Assembly: GCA_965112735.1 (NCBI GenBank)
Contig: OZ218952.1
Location: 1,674,001 to 1,738,000, forward strand
From: Phaeosaccion multiseriatum
Taxonomy: Eukaryota > Protista > Ochrophyta, other classes
Direction of reading: 5' to 3'
DNA: 64,000 nt
Each line of letters begins with the position of its first letter. Position 1 is the first letter of the stretch. The position numbers and the translations under genes were made by a program. Below are positions 35,038 through 46,356 of this stretch, piece after piece. A model generated the notes under the pieces. That model did no database searches, was not told the origin of the DNA, and saw only the letters and a program-made list of their open reading frames with translations.

Positions 35038-38000
35038 ATCATCAACTGCTCATGCTGGTGCTGCGGCTGACCACCCCTGTTGGCGACAAAGTTGTCAAAG
35101 CCCCTGCCCCCAATGCTTATCCCCATCACCGCCCCCCCTGTACCACCACCATGCGTACTTGCGAGCTCCCTGTCAATCATTTTCACCCTCGCCAACGAGC
35201 TCTCCACCTTGGCCTTGAGCGTGCTCTCCTCTATGGTGAACATGAAGAAGCTCCTCAGCGATAAAGAGACCTCCTCCAGCGTCGAGGTCAGGGCCTCATT
35301 CCGGGCTGCCAAAACGTACATTTGCTGTTCCGCCCAAGCCCCTGCTTCGTCCTCACGATCACCACCCCCAGCAGCACCATTTGCTGCCATCCCTGCCCCC
35401 TTGGGCCCGTCCACTCCTGGGTGGTCCTTGTTGCCCTTGTCCGCGCTAGTCGCGGTGTCCTTGGGGGTGGCATTGGTGGCCCCCTTCGCCGGATTGCTGC
35501 TGCTGCTGCTGCTGCTACTACTACTGCTACTGTTGCTGGCGCCTACGCCGACCGGAAATGCATGCGGGCTGTTTCCCCCTCCCCTCGGCGGGCTGGCCAT
35601 CTTCCTTCGGCAGTCGACGAGCTGCTTCCGGAGCTTCTCATTCTCCCAGCGAGCACTCTCCAAATCATTCTGCAGCTCGTATATCCTTGCTTCTGCCCGG
35701 GCACTCCCCCAGATGCCCCCACCCCCTCCCTCTCCTCCTCCTCCTCCTCCTCCTCCTCCTCCTCCTCCTCCTCCTCCTCCTCCTCCTCCTTCTTCTTCTC
35801 CTTCTCCTCCTCCTCCTCCCTCTGCATCTGCTCCCTCCCCCTGAGCACCCGCACCACTACTACTAGCACTACTACTAGCACTGAGCTGTTTGACCAGCCC
35901 CTTGAGGTAGTGCAGCTCCTTCTGCAGACGCACCACCAAGGCATAGTCCACAGGGCGCTGCTCATTGACGCGCACCACGCCCATTACTTGTTTGGCTCGG
36001 TCCGCAAAGCGCAAAGTGGACACTGTCTCCTCGACACACGCCGCGGCCGGGCTCAACGTCGCAATGAGACGGGTTTTGGTGTTGCCTCCGAGTGAGTCCT
36101 GCAACAAGCGAGTCAGCTTGGAGTCTCGAAACGGTACGTGTACGTGCTGCGACGCGTACGGCTTGTTGTTGCACGCCGTTAACGCCGCAATGACCCGCCC
36201 CAGCGTGTAGAGACTGACGTTAATGTTGTTCATCTCGGTAACGCGCTGCTCCTCCATGTCCTGACGAATGTCCCACTTTTCCGAACCGGCAAGGTCCACA
36301 AGGTTAAACTTTGACTTGAGCACTCTCTCCTGCCCATCCGCGTCCCCCCTCCGCTGCTCCAGAATGATCTGAAAGATGCTGTGGCTTCTGCTCGACGCCT
36401 GATTCATGTGCGTCTCCCGAATGGCTCGATGCTCCTCCCCTAAGCGCAACAGCGACAAGCAGTCCGCAGCGCTGTGCACGGCGTACTCGCTCAGCCCTTG
36501 TACAAACACCCCGGACCCCTCTTCGTTGTGGATAGTCAGCGGGTGGGTCCTGCTCGGGTCTCGGAGCATATCGAAGAGTTGCTCGTTGTATATCTGCACG
36601 AGGCTGCACCACACCAGCATGTGCGTGGAGCTGCCCCGTTCTCGTGCCCCTCCTCCACCCCCTCCTCCCCCTCCCCTTCCCCCTGCCGAGCCGCTGTCGG
36701 GCCCGTTCTGCAGCCCTTTGATGCTGTCAAACAGCTGAGAGATGGCCCGAGGGATGATGCCCGCATCTGGCCCCACCCTATGTGTGTGAGTGTGTGCGTG
36801 AGGAGTACGGCAGCAGCTCGGTGGTTGGAAGGCGGGCGGGCGTAGGGTACAAGTACAGGGAAGGGGGTAGGTAGCTTGGTGGAGGTGGGTGGGTGGACAA
36901 ACGCCTTTGGAAGGGAGGAGGGAGAACTCTCCTCGGCCCTGTATTCGGAGGGCTGAGTTGTTGCCCCTTCCTTTCCTATTCTACTCTCTCTCTCCCTCGG
37001 CTCTACTTGCTCACCTGGTACCGAGCGGCCCGCAGGAGTCCGCCAGAGCGTGGCCGCGCCTTGCCCCGATCATGGTGTGCGTCTTACCCGAGCCAGTCTG
37101 TCCGTACGCAAACACCGTGCTGTTGAAGCCTTCCAGCACCGACGTGACGCACTCCTCGACGGTGTCGTATGTGTTGGCCTGAGACGCTTCAGGACCTAAC
37201 GCGGCATCAAAGCTGCACTGCACCCGTGTGCTCGCCTTTCGGCCCCGCACCGTCACGCTACCCTTCTCACTATCCACCTGCACAATCTCTTCCTGACTTC
37301 TGCTGTCGAAACCCACGAGATCTTCCCACGGAAGAAGAGGTCTGACTCTCACTAGTACCTTGATGGTTTCCTGCTGGCCCGCAGGCTCTTCTTTCGCTTC
37401 CCTGTGGTCGTCTCCCCCTCCTTCTCCCGCTCTTGCTTCTATTGAATTAGACTCTACCCTCATACCTGCTGCTCCAGCTTGCAGTCCACTCTTCTTCGCC
37501 CTATCACCTTCTCCTCCTCCCCTACCAGCTGATCCTCTCGACCCTCGTCCTGCCCCCGCTCTCCTCTCCGCCACCAGCCCTTCTGACTCCTCTCTCCGTC
37601 GCGGCGTCCTTCGCGGGGCGCCCCTACGGGGGGATCTTGTCTGCATTCCGTTCGCTCCTCCTCGCACCCCATGCTCGCCTTGCCACCCTTCGCCTCCCCC
37701 GTCCGAATCCTGTCGACTCCCCCTATCAGAGGCCCTCCTCTCCGTAGTCTGCACGACCTCGCCACCTTCTCCACCGTGCTCCATAGATGCTGTATGCATC
37801 GAGCTAGCCGCATTGCCGCTGCTGCTCCTCCGTCTTAGGGACTCAATCTTCTCAATCATATCGCAGGCGTGCGGGACATTCGAATCTCTCCAGCTGTTCC
37901 CACAGCGATGACAGGCCTTGTCGGTCGGCTGAGCCTCTTTCCCCTCTATAAATCGTTCGCCTCTACTACTTCCTGCTCTGCTATGGCTCCTACTACTACC

Positions 38001-38081
38001 GCTTCTGCTATTGCCCCTGCTCCCTGTGATGGAGAGGGGGGGAGCAGCCGGAACCGGAGTTTCCGTAGCAGTCTTCATCAT
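33566..38081 (-). CDS. Kinesin-like protein (motor preceded by a disordered N-terminal extension; coiled-coil tail), about 1425 aa, one apparent homopolymer frameshift
   Basis: Exons 38081-37015 and 36777-33566. Motor motifs 'IKVLVRVRP', 'GFNSTVFAYGQTGSGKTHTM', 'NQASSRSHSIF', 'LVDLAGSE', 'HVPFRDSKLTRLLQDSLGGN', 'ETVSTLRFADRAK'. The frame changes at the G11 run (34488-34498). Start codon inferred. Confidence 0.88.
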
Positions 38082-38418
38082 TTCACCCAAGTTCTCCTCC
38101 TCGGTGCATCCTGTCCTTGTGGTGCAGCAATATCTGTTGAAGGGACGTTCTAGCCCTTCTCCAGGATCTCTGGGGGGCCACCACTGTGGGGGCCGGGTTT
38201 TCGAAAGGGCCGTTACTCTGCTTCGCGTGTTGGTTGTTTTTTTAGGAGGAGCGCCTGGTTTTCTTCTGTTCTTGCCTTTGCGCGGCCGTGCTCGAGAGGG
38301 GGCAAGAGCGATGGAGGCCCGAGAAGAGAGGTAGGATATCTCTGGAGACTGGAAGCCAGAGTCGGGCTCAGATAGGGTACTTTTGGAGGCTGGAAGCGAG
38401 AGCTTCCGGCTGACAGTG

Positions 38419-38571
38419 ATGGCGGTGCTTCCGGATGTACCACAAAGGGGGCCACCCTCCCCAATGGAGTTGTCCACTATGATGGAGAACCTCCTTTGTA
38501 AGGGAGGAAGAACCTTGAGCGAGGGCGTCCGAAATATGAAGGCAGCGCGCACAAGAGAGCGTCGCCTCCGT

Positions 38572-38617
<46 letters not shown>

Positions 38618-41155
38618 TGGAGCAGCAGCAGCACACTGTAACCTTCGGCGACGCCACAGCAGTGGAAGGGAATCTTCCGCGGAGTGAGAGTGCGCCGGCC
38701 TTGGCGACGAAAGCAGGAGCGGGAGGATTTCCATCCAAAGGAGGGAGCACGCAGACAGTGCTGCTCGCAAAGACCCTGGAGGATGAAGGAGACGACAACA
38801 TCGCTCTCGAGGCTACAGAATTTGAGGAGTCCGACATAGAAGGAGTGGAGAGGTACAACGGCGGCCCGCTCGTCGAGGTGAGTCTGCACCGCCAGCCCCT
38901 CCCCCGCCCCCCTACAGTAGCGTTGACGCATGTTCTTTCGCTTCTCCCGTTCTCGCGCCCCCTCTCTCTCCGTCACCAGGCCTCCTTCCTGCCAGACGTG
39001 AGCAAGGCATGGGATGTGGCGCGTGTGCACGGCGGCATTGCAAGCATCTACGCCGCCAAAGCCATGGACGACGAAGACCGCCATGCCAAGGGACGGAAAA
39101 GGTGCAGGTGGAGAGAGCCGAGTGGAACGCTCGGCAGTCAGTCCCTTCAGTGCGTCTATCTTACCCTCCTCCTCCTCCTCCTCCTCCTCCTCCTCCTCCT
39201 CCTCCTCCTCCTCCTCCTCCTCCTCCTCCTCCTCCTCCTCCTCCTCCTCCTCCTCCTCCTCCTCCTCCTCCTCCTCCTCCTCCTCCTCCTCCTCCTCCTC
39301 CTCCTCCTCCTCCTCCTCCTCCTCCTCCTCCTCCTCCTCCTCCTCCTCCTCCTCCTCCTCCTCCTCCTCCTCCTCCTCCTCCTCCTCCTCCTCCTCCTCC
39401 TCCTCCTCCTCCTCCTCCTCCTCCTCCTCCTTTGTGCTGCCCCCCTTTGCCCTTTCAGACAAAGCTTGGCCGCCTTCACGCGCTCTCTCTTGCTGCAAGT
39501 GTACAGGGTTCCTGCCGTGGCTCAGCGACAGATGGAAGGACTCTGTAGCGGCGTGGTGGTGCACATGGTGAGCTTGTGCGAGACGAAGCGCTGCTGCCGA
39601 TGGAAAGAAGCATACATTTCATCTTTCTTCTCCTGCTCCTTCTCCCGTCTCCATCGGCTGTGCCTTGCGACAACACACACTCTCTCTTTCTCCCTCCCTC
39701 CCTCTCTCCCTCCCTCCCTCCCTCCCTCCCTCCCTCCCTCCCTCCCTCCCTCCCTCCCTCCCTCCCTCCCCCCCTCCCTCCCTCCCTCCCTCCCTCCCTC
39801 CCTCCCTCCCTCCCTCCCTCCCTCCCTCCCTCCCTCCCTCCCTCCCTCCCTCCCTCCCTCCCTCCCTCCCTCCCTCCCTCCCTCCCTCCCTCCCTCCCTC
39901 CCTCCCTCCCTCCCTCCCTCCCTCCCTCCTTCCTCCCTCCCTCCCTCCCTCCCTCCCTCCCTCCCTCCCTCCCTCCCTCCCTCCCTCCCTCCCTCCCTCC
40001 CTCCCTCCCTCCCTCCCTCCCTCCCTCCCTCCCTCCCTCCCTCCCTCCCTCCCTCCCTCCCTCCCTCCCTCCCTCCCTCCCTCCCTCCCTCCCTCCCTCC
40101 CTCCCTCCCTCCCTCCCTCCCTCCCTCCCTCCCTCCCTCCCTCCCTCCCTCCCTCCCTCCCTCCCTCCCTCCCTCCCTCCCTCCCTCCCTCCCTCCCTCC
40201 CTCCCTCCCTCCCTCCCTCCCTCCCTCCCTCCCTCCCTCCCTCCCTCCCTCCCTCCCTCCCTCCCTCCCTCCCTCCCTCCCTCCCTCCCTCCCTCCCTCC
40301 CTCCCTCCCTCCCTCCCTCCCTCCCTCCCTCCCTCCCTCCCTCCCTCCCTCCCTCCCTCCCTCCCTCCCTCCCTCCCTCCCTCCCTCCCTCCCTCCCTCC
40401 CTCCCTCCCTCCCTCCCTCCCTCCCTCCCTCCCTCCCTCCCTCCCTCCCTCCCTCCCTCCCTCCCTCCCTCCCTCCCTCCCTCCCTCCCTCCCTCCCTCC
40501 CTCCCTCCCCTCCCTCCCTCCCTCCCTCCCTCCCTCCCTCCCTCCCTCCCTCCCTCTGTCCCTCCCTTTGTCCCTCCCTCCCTCTTTCCGTCCCTCCCCC
40601 TCTCCCTCCCTCCCTCCCTATCAGCACGACCCCATGCTCGGTCTGCGCATCAAAGTGTTTGGAGTGGCGACGGGAATCATCCGCCTACCCTTCGACAGCC
40701 GCGGCATTGCCTACGATGAGGTGAGGACCCCTCCTCCGCTCCTTCTCGGCACTCGGCACAGGCTGAGCGTTGCTTCCTTTGATACGTCTATCGTCGCTCC
40801 TCTTAGCTGCTTGCTCTCTTTCCCATGTTTTCCCGCTTGCCTGCCTGCCTGCCTGCCTGACTGCCTGCCTACCTGCCCGCTGCCTCTGCACATGCGGGCA
40901 TGTGTGTGTGTGGGTGGGTGTCTGTGTGCGTGTGCGTGTGCGTGTGCGTGTGCGTGGGTGCGTGTGTGTATGCGTATGTTTGTGCATATGTGTTTGTGTC
41001 CATGCAGGGAGCGGGGAACTTTCTGGTGCTCGCCCTCCGATTCCTCGCCCCCGCCGCAGACGTGGGCAAATTCCTGTCCCCCCCTGGAGGTGAGTGAGCT
41101 GAGCGCACGCACGCACACACGTACACACACACGCACGCACACACGCACGCACACA

Positions 41156-41195
<40 letters not shown>

Positions 41196-43064
41196 CGTAC
41201 GCACACACACACACCTTCCTCTTGTCCACCTCTGCCTCCCCTCCCCAGCCTCAATTCTCTTTCGTCCCTCTTCATGTGCTCTCGCTGCTGCTGCCGCTGC
41301 CCCACTTCGTTTGCCTTCGTCCGTCCGTCCCGCCCGTGCAGGCCTCAGTAGTATGGTAAAGGGCTCCGCCCCTATCAAGTCAGTGTGCAACGCTCTGCTC
41401 CGGCCCCTCGCCGCGTCTCTGGGCGTGCAGGCAGGAGAGCCCACAGCCAAGGTTATGGAGTCTTCGCTGTGCATCATACTCGGTGAGTGGCGAAGAGCGA
41501 GTGCCGAGAGGAGTAGTGACTCACTCATCCACTCACTCACTCACTCACTCACTCACTCACTCACTCACTCACTCACTCACTCACTCACTCACTCACTCAC
41601 TCACTCACTCACTCACTCACTCACTCACTCACTCACTCACTCACTCACTCACTCACTCACTCACACACACACACACTCACTCACTCACTCACACTCACTC
41701 ACTCACTCACTCACTCACTCACTCACTCACTCACTCACTCTCTCACTCACTCACGCACTCACTCACTCACTCACCCACCCACCCACTCACTCCCACACAC
41801 ACACACTAACTCACACACACTCACTCACCCTCCCACCCCGCCCTCCCAGGTCTCAATGTGGCCGGCGCTACAGACGCCAACGTCACCCTTCTCTCCCGCC
41901 TCCACAGCAGCGGCAAGCGCCAATCCGCGAGGGCTATACTGCGCCGCCAAGTGGAGATCGCCCTGCAGACTGCAGAACTTCCCATCGATTGGCTGCTCTA
42001 CCGACTTGCCATGGCAAGGTGAGGGAGGGAGGTGAAGTGATTTGTGTCCGGACTGATGTCCTGACTGATGTCCTGACTGATGTCCATCACTGACTTGGAT
42101 TACGCATCCATCAATCACTGACTTATGTCAACCACTGACTTACTATACACCACTCTCACCACTGACATTTACGTAACATTCCATCACTACTCATCATGCT
42201 CAGGTATAAGCTCGTCACCCCGGACCACGCAGATCGCTGGGGAGACGACAAGGGGCTTGAGTACGGCTGGGGCTTCACGCAGCCGGCGAGGCCTGTCGCC
42301 GCCGGCGCCGCCGGGACTGAGGTTGGTCCTACTGACCGGGAGCGTGAGTGTGATCGTGACCACACGAGTGGCCCCTGGGGGGGGTGGAGAAGAGGAAAGC
42401 AGCAGCAGCAGGTGGAGGAGGAGGAGGAGCAGCAGGAGCAGCAGCAGCAGCAGCAGCAGGGGGGGGGGCGAAGACGGGCCATCTCAATGGAAGTCGATGA
42501 TGCCTTGGCGGAGCTCTCGTCCCGACCATCACGCGGGAGATCCTCTGGCCCCCGGGGGAAGGGGAAGGAGCAGCGACAACAGCACCCTCAACCCCACCGG
42601 CATGAGAAGCAGCAGCAGCAGGCCAGAGGGACAGGGGGAGGGGGAGGGAGAGGGAGAGGGAAAGGAGGGAAGGCAGGTGCTTCAACGGGGGGCAGTCGGC
42701 ACAGCGCTCCTGTCGGCCCCCACGGCAGCAGCAGTAGCAGCAGCAACCCTATGGAGCAGTCGATGGTCATGGAAGACTGCCGCCCGATCGCACTGCGAGG
42801 GGGAGAAGACCCACAGCAGTTGGGGATACAGCAGCAGCAGGGCACATCCTCCTCCTCCTCTGGCGAGCGGAAATGGGCCTGCGATCGCCGCCTACTGAGG
42901 GACGGCCAAGGTAACCCTCATGCTTCTGATGCTTCTGATGCTGAACCCGAGCCTAAGCCTGCTTCTCACCCTCGCCCTCACTCTCACCCTCACTCTCACC
43001 CTCACCCTCGCCCTTACCCTCACCCTCACCCTCACCCTCACTCTCACCCTCACCCTCACCCTCT

Positions 43065-43102
<38 letters not shown>

Positions 43103-44889
43103 GTCACCCTCACCCTCACTCTCACCCTCACCCTCAACCTCAACCTCACCCATACCCTACTTACCACTGGACAGGGGAAGAGACATGCTGGGAGGAGGCC
43201 CGTAGCGAGTACAACTGGCGCCGCCACACGCGAGACATAACCGTCATGTGCAGGAATTCCTTTGGGCAGGTAACATATCGATGTTTATATATATATGGAT
43301 GTTTGGAGTGTTGATCTATGTTTATAGGCCAGGTAATGTATCGATGTTTGGCGTGTTGATCGATATTTGGAGTGTTGATCGATGTTTGGAGTGTTGATCG
43401 ATATTCATAGGCCAGGTAATATATCGATGTTTGGCGTGTTGATCGATATTTGGAGTGTTGATCGATGTTTGGAGTGTTGATCGATATTTGGAGTGTTGAT
43501 CGCTATTTGGAGTGTTGATCGATATTTAGAGTGTTGGTCGATATTTGGAGTGTTGATCGATATTTGGAGTGTTGATCGATATGTAGAGTGTTGATCGATA
43601 TTTGGAGTATTTGGAGTGTTGATCGATGTTTGGAGTGTTGGTCGATGTTTGGAGTGTTGATCGATGTTTGGAGCGTTGATCGATATTTGAAGTGTTGATC
43701 GATATTTTGAGTGTTGATCGATATTTGGAGTGTTGATCGATATTTGGATTGTTGATCGATGTTTTGAGTGTTGATCGATGTTTGGAATGTTGATCGATAT
43801 TTGAAGTGTTGATCGATGTTTGGAGTGTTGATCGATGTTTGAAGTGTTGATCGATATTTGGAGTGTTGATCGATGTTTGGAGTGTTGATCGATATTTTGA
43901 GATTTGGAGAGCCTCTTCGGGTATAGTGTAAACAGTCAATCGGGCTGCTCCTCCTGTCGTGCGTCAGTAGCTCGTGAGCCCACCGGGGACAGATCACAAA
44001 TGGCATCAACATACAACAGTAGGGCACAGTGCTATTGAAGTGTGACTATAAGGGGGGAGTGGCCTTACGTAAGGGGGGGTGGCCGTAGCTAGTCTGGGCA
44101 GATTCGTGTTTCGAGTGACACAATCTACAGAGTCTTGATCCTCCTTCGACTTGGTGAATTGGTGCTGCGGCCGGCTTTCTGTGGGTGTGGTGTATCTACG
44201 CCAAGTATTCCGACGGTCCCAGACTGCTAAACTGAAACTGAAACTGAAACTGATACTGGCAGGTGTTTACGGTGCGATTGGCGCCATCCACCACCATCCA
44301 CACGGTGAAGCACAAGCTCGGCAGCAAGCTTAGCACAGAGGCCTTTGTCATTGTGTTTCAGGGCACGGAGCTCAAGGACCAAGAGACTATCGAGGGGTGT
44401 GGGGTGCCGCATAACGCCACGCTCATGCTTTATGACCAAGGTGAGGGAGGGAGGGGGAGGGGAGGGGAGGGGAGGGGAGGGGAGGAGAGGGGAGGGGGAG
44501 GGGAGGGGGAGGGGAGGGGGAGGGGAGGGGGAGGGGAGGGGAGGGGAGGGGAGGATAATAGAGGAAAGGAGAGCAGAGGAGAAGAGAGGAAAAACATACA
44601 TACGGTCACACAAAAACACCTATCGCCCTTTGCCCCGCCCCCCCCCTCCCTCTCCCCCTTCCATCGCTCAGACCACTGGGGCCAGAAGAAGTCATCCAAA
44701 GACACTCCTTCCACCTCTGCCCCTGTGGTGAGCAGAGACGAGCGGCGCACTCCCACGTGCGAGCTGTTGGGCTGGGGTAAGAAGAAGCCCCGCAGGACAG
44801 GCTCGGGGTCGGGGGGGGGGGGAGGGCAGAGCTACGCCAACTACAAGTACTTTGGCAAAGCATCTTCCTCTTTCGTCGCTCACTCGTGA
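38419..44889 (+). CDS. Uncharacterised protein with an N-terminal helical domain and a C-terminal ubiquitin-like domain, 11 exons, about 790 aa
   Basis: Exons 38419-38877, 38980-39101, 39459-39567, 40625-40720, 41008-41089, 41342-41482, 41850-42018, 42204-42910, 43175-43269, 44263-44440, 44672-44889 (2376 nt, phase-consistent). UBL-like '[57 protein letters not shown]'. Confidence 0.72.
39165..39431 (+). repeat. Perfect (CCT)n, about 88 units, intronic
   Basis: Direct reading. Confidence 0.95.
39690..40620 (+). repeat. (CCCT)n microsatellite of about 0.9 kb, intronic
   Basis: Direct reading; a further array of about 400 bp lies at 49927-50332. Confidence 0.95.
43277..43908 (+). repeat. 19-bp minisatellite (GATCGAT(A/G)TTTGGAGTGTT), about 30 copies, intronic
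   Basis: Direct reading; AT-rich compared with its surroundings; no spacers. Confidence 0.92.
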
Positions 44890-45177
44890 GAAAGACTTTT
44901 GCGGAGAATCACATACACATCTCACCTATCTAGGTATTGGTTAGCTAACCTCAGTCTTACTTAATCATATGTAGTCTTACTTGAGTATGGAAATCGCCAC
45001 ACGCACCTTTGAAGCGGTTGCGAAATTAAAAGTCTGTACAGGTCCCCCCCCCCCCCCCCCCAAGAACAAACAAAACCAAAGAGCAGTACAGCTCTCCTCC
45101 TCCTCCTGCACCACCACCACCAAACCCCTGCCCTCGCCCCCTTTAACTGTGGCATCAGAGCATCACACACCCCTTCA

Positions 45178-46319
45178 TCAGACACTGAGCTGCGGAAACA
45201 AACTCGGCTCCAGTCTTGCGAGGCTCCTCCGTGCTAAGGCCTCCGCCCTTCCGCGTTCCTCCCGCCCCACCCCGTACTCCGACGACGCCTCTGTTACATG
45301 CAGACCCCCCCGGGGAGGGCGTAGATCCGGAGGGGACGACTGCTCCCCTGCTGCATGCACCGATCCCGTGCCTACAGCGCCGCCGTCGGCACCACCGCCC
45401 CTCCCCCCCTTGCTGTTATTACTCATGTTGGTGAAAGTGGACACGCTCCCACTGCCTGCCACCTTTCCGACACCATTAACACTATTGACACCACCTGTTC
45501 CTCCTCCTCCTCCTCCTCCTCCTCCTCCTCCTCCTCCTCCTCCTCCTCCTCCTCCTCCTCCTCCTCCTCCCCCTCCCCCTCCCCCCCCTCCTCCTCCTCC
45601 TCCTCCTCCCCTCCCCTCTCCTCCTCCACCACCTCCCCCTCCCCCCGCCCCCCTTCGGCTCGCGGCCAGTGACCTCTGCCACGAGGGATCAAGCCTCCTC
45701 AGCGTATACTTCGGGGGGCCGGGTGCGGCAGCCATCAGAGGCAGCAAGGAGGGTGAAGGCGAGGCAGCCACACCAGTTGGTGATACAGCGGCGATGTGGA
45801 GCGCCTTGGAGAAGGCGGCCCTGCGTCGCTCCTCGGCATCGCTCGAAATGCTGACGCTCGACAGCCCGTTACCGATGCCCTGCGGCGGCTGCTGCTGCTG
45901 CTGTTGCTGTATCACCAACTGTTGTCGTTGCCTGCTTCTACTGTAGGGGCAAGCCCTGGCCATGTCTCGGTCTATGCGGGCCACCTCCTCCCAGTCCGCT
46001 CCGATGGCGGGCTTCGGTCTACTAGCGGCCCCGCTCACGCTGCTGCCTGTGATAAGCGATACATTGTGGTTATTGCCATTGTTGTCGTTGTTGTCGTTGT
46101 CGTTGTTGCTGTTGTTGTTGTCTCTTCTTCCTCCCACTGCATCACCACCGTTCCCCTTCTCCCTCCTCAGCGCTGCTGGAGAAAGAGGATTCATAATCGA
46201 CTCCAGCGAAGCCGAATCGTAATCGGAAGCGTACTCGTCGTCGCCAATCCCTGCTCCTGTACCACCACCTCCTGCACCACCTTTCCTCGTCGTCACCGGT
46301 GGCGTATTGTTCCTGCTAC

Positions 46320-46356
<37 letters not shown>

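Noticed and set aside
39476-41359. Long ORFs such as (PPSL)n, (GGRE)n, (THSL)n, (LPTY)n and the 24200-25994 ORFs
   Set aside because: They are translations of stop-free intronic microsatellites and minisatellites.
42960-43150. (CACCCT)n and (ACCT)n arrays as interstitial telomere repeats
   Set aside because: The units do not match TTAGGG or TTTAGGG and behave like the other intronic SSRs.
43503-44027. Minus-strand repeat ORFs ([19 protein letters not shown])n as a nested gene
   Set aside because: They are the translation of the 19-bp minisatellite, with two frames giving the same rotated peptide.
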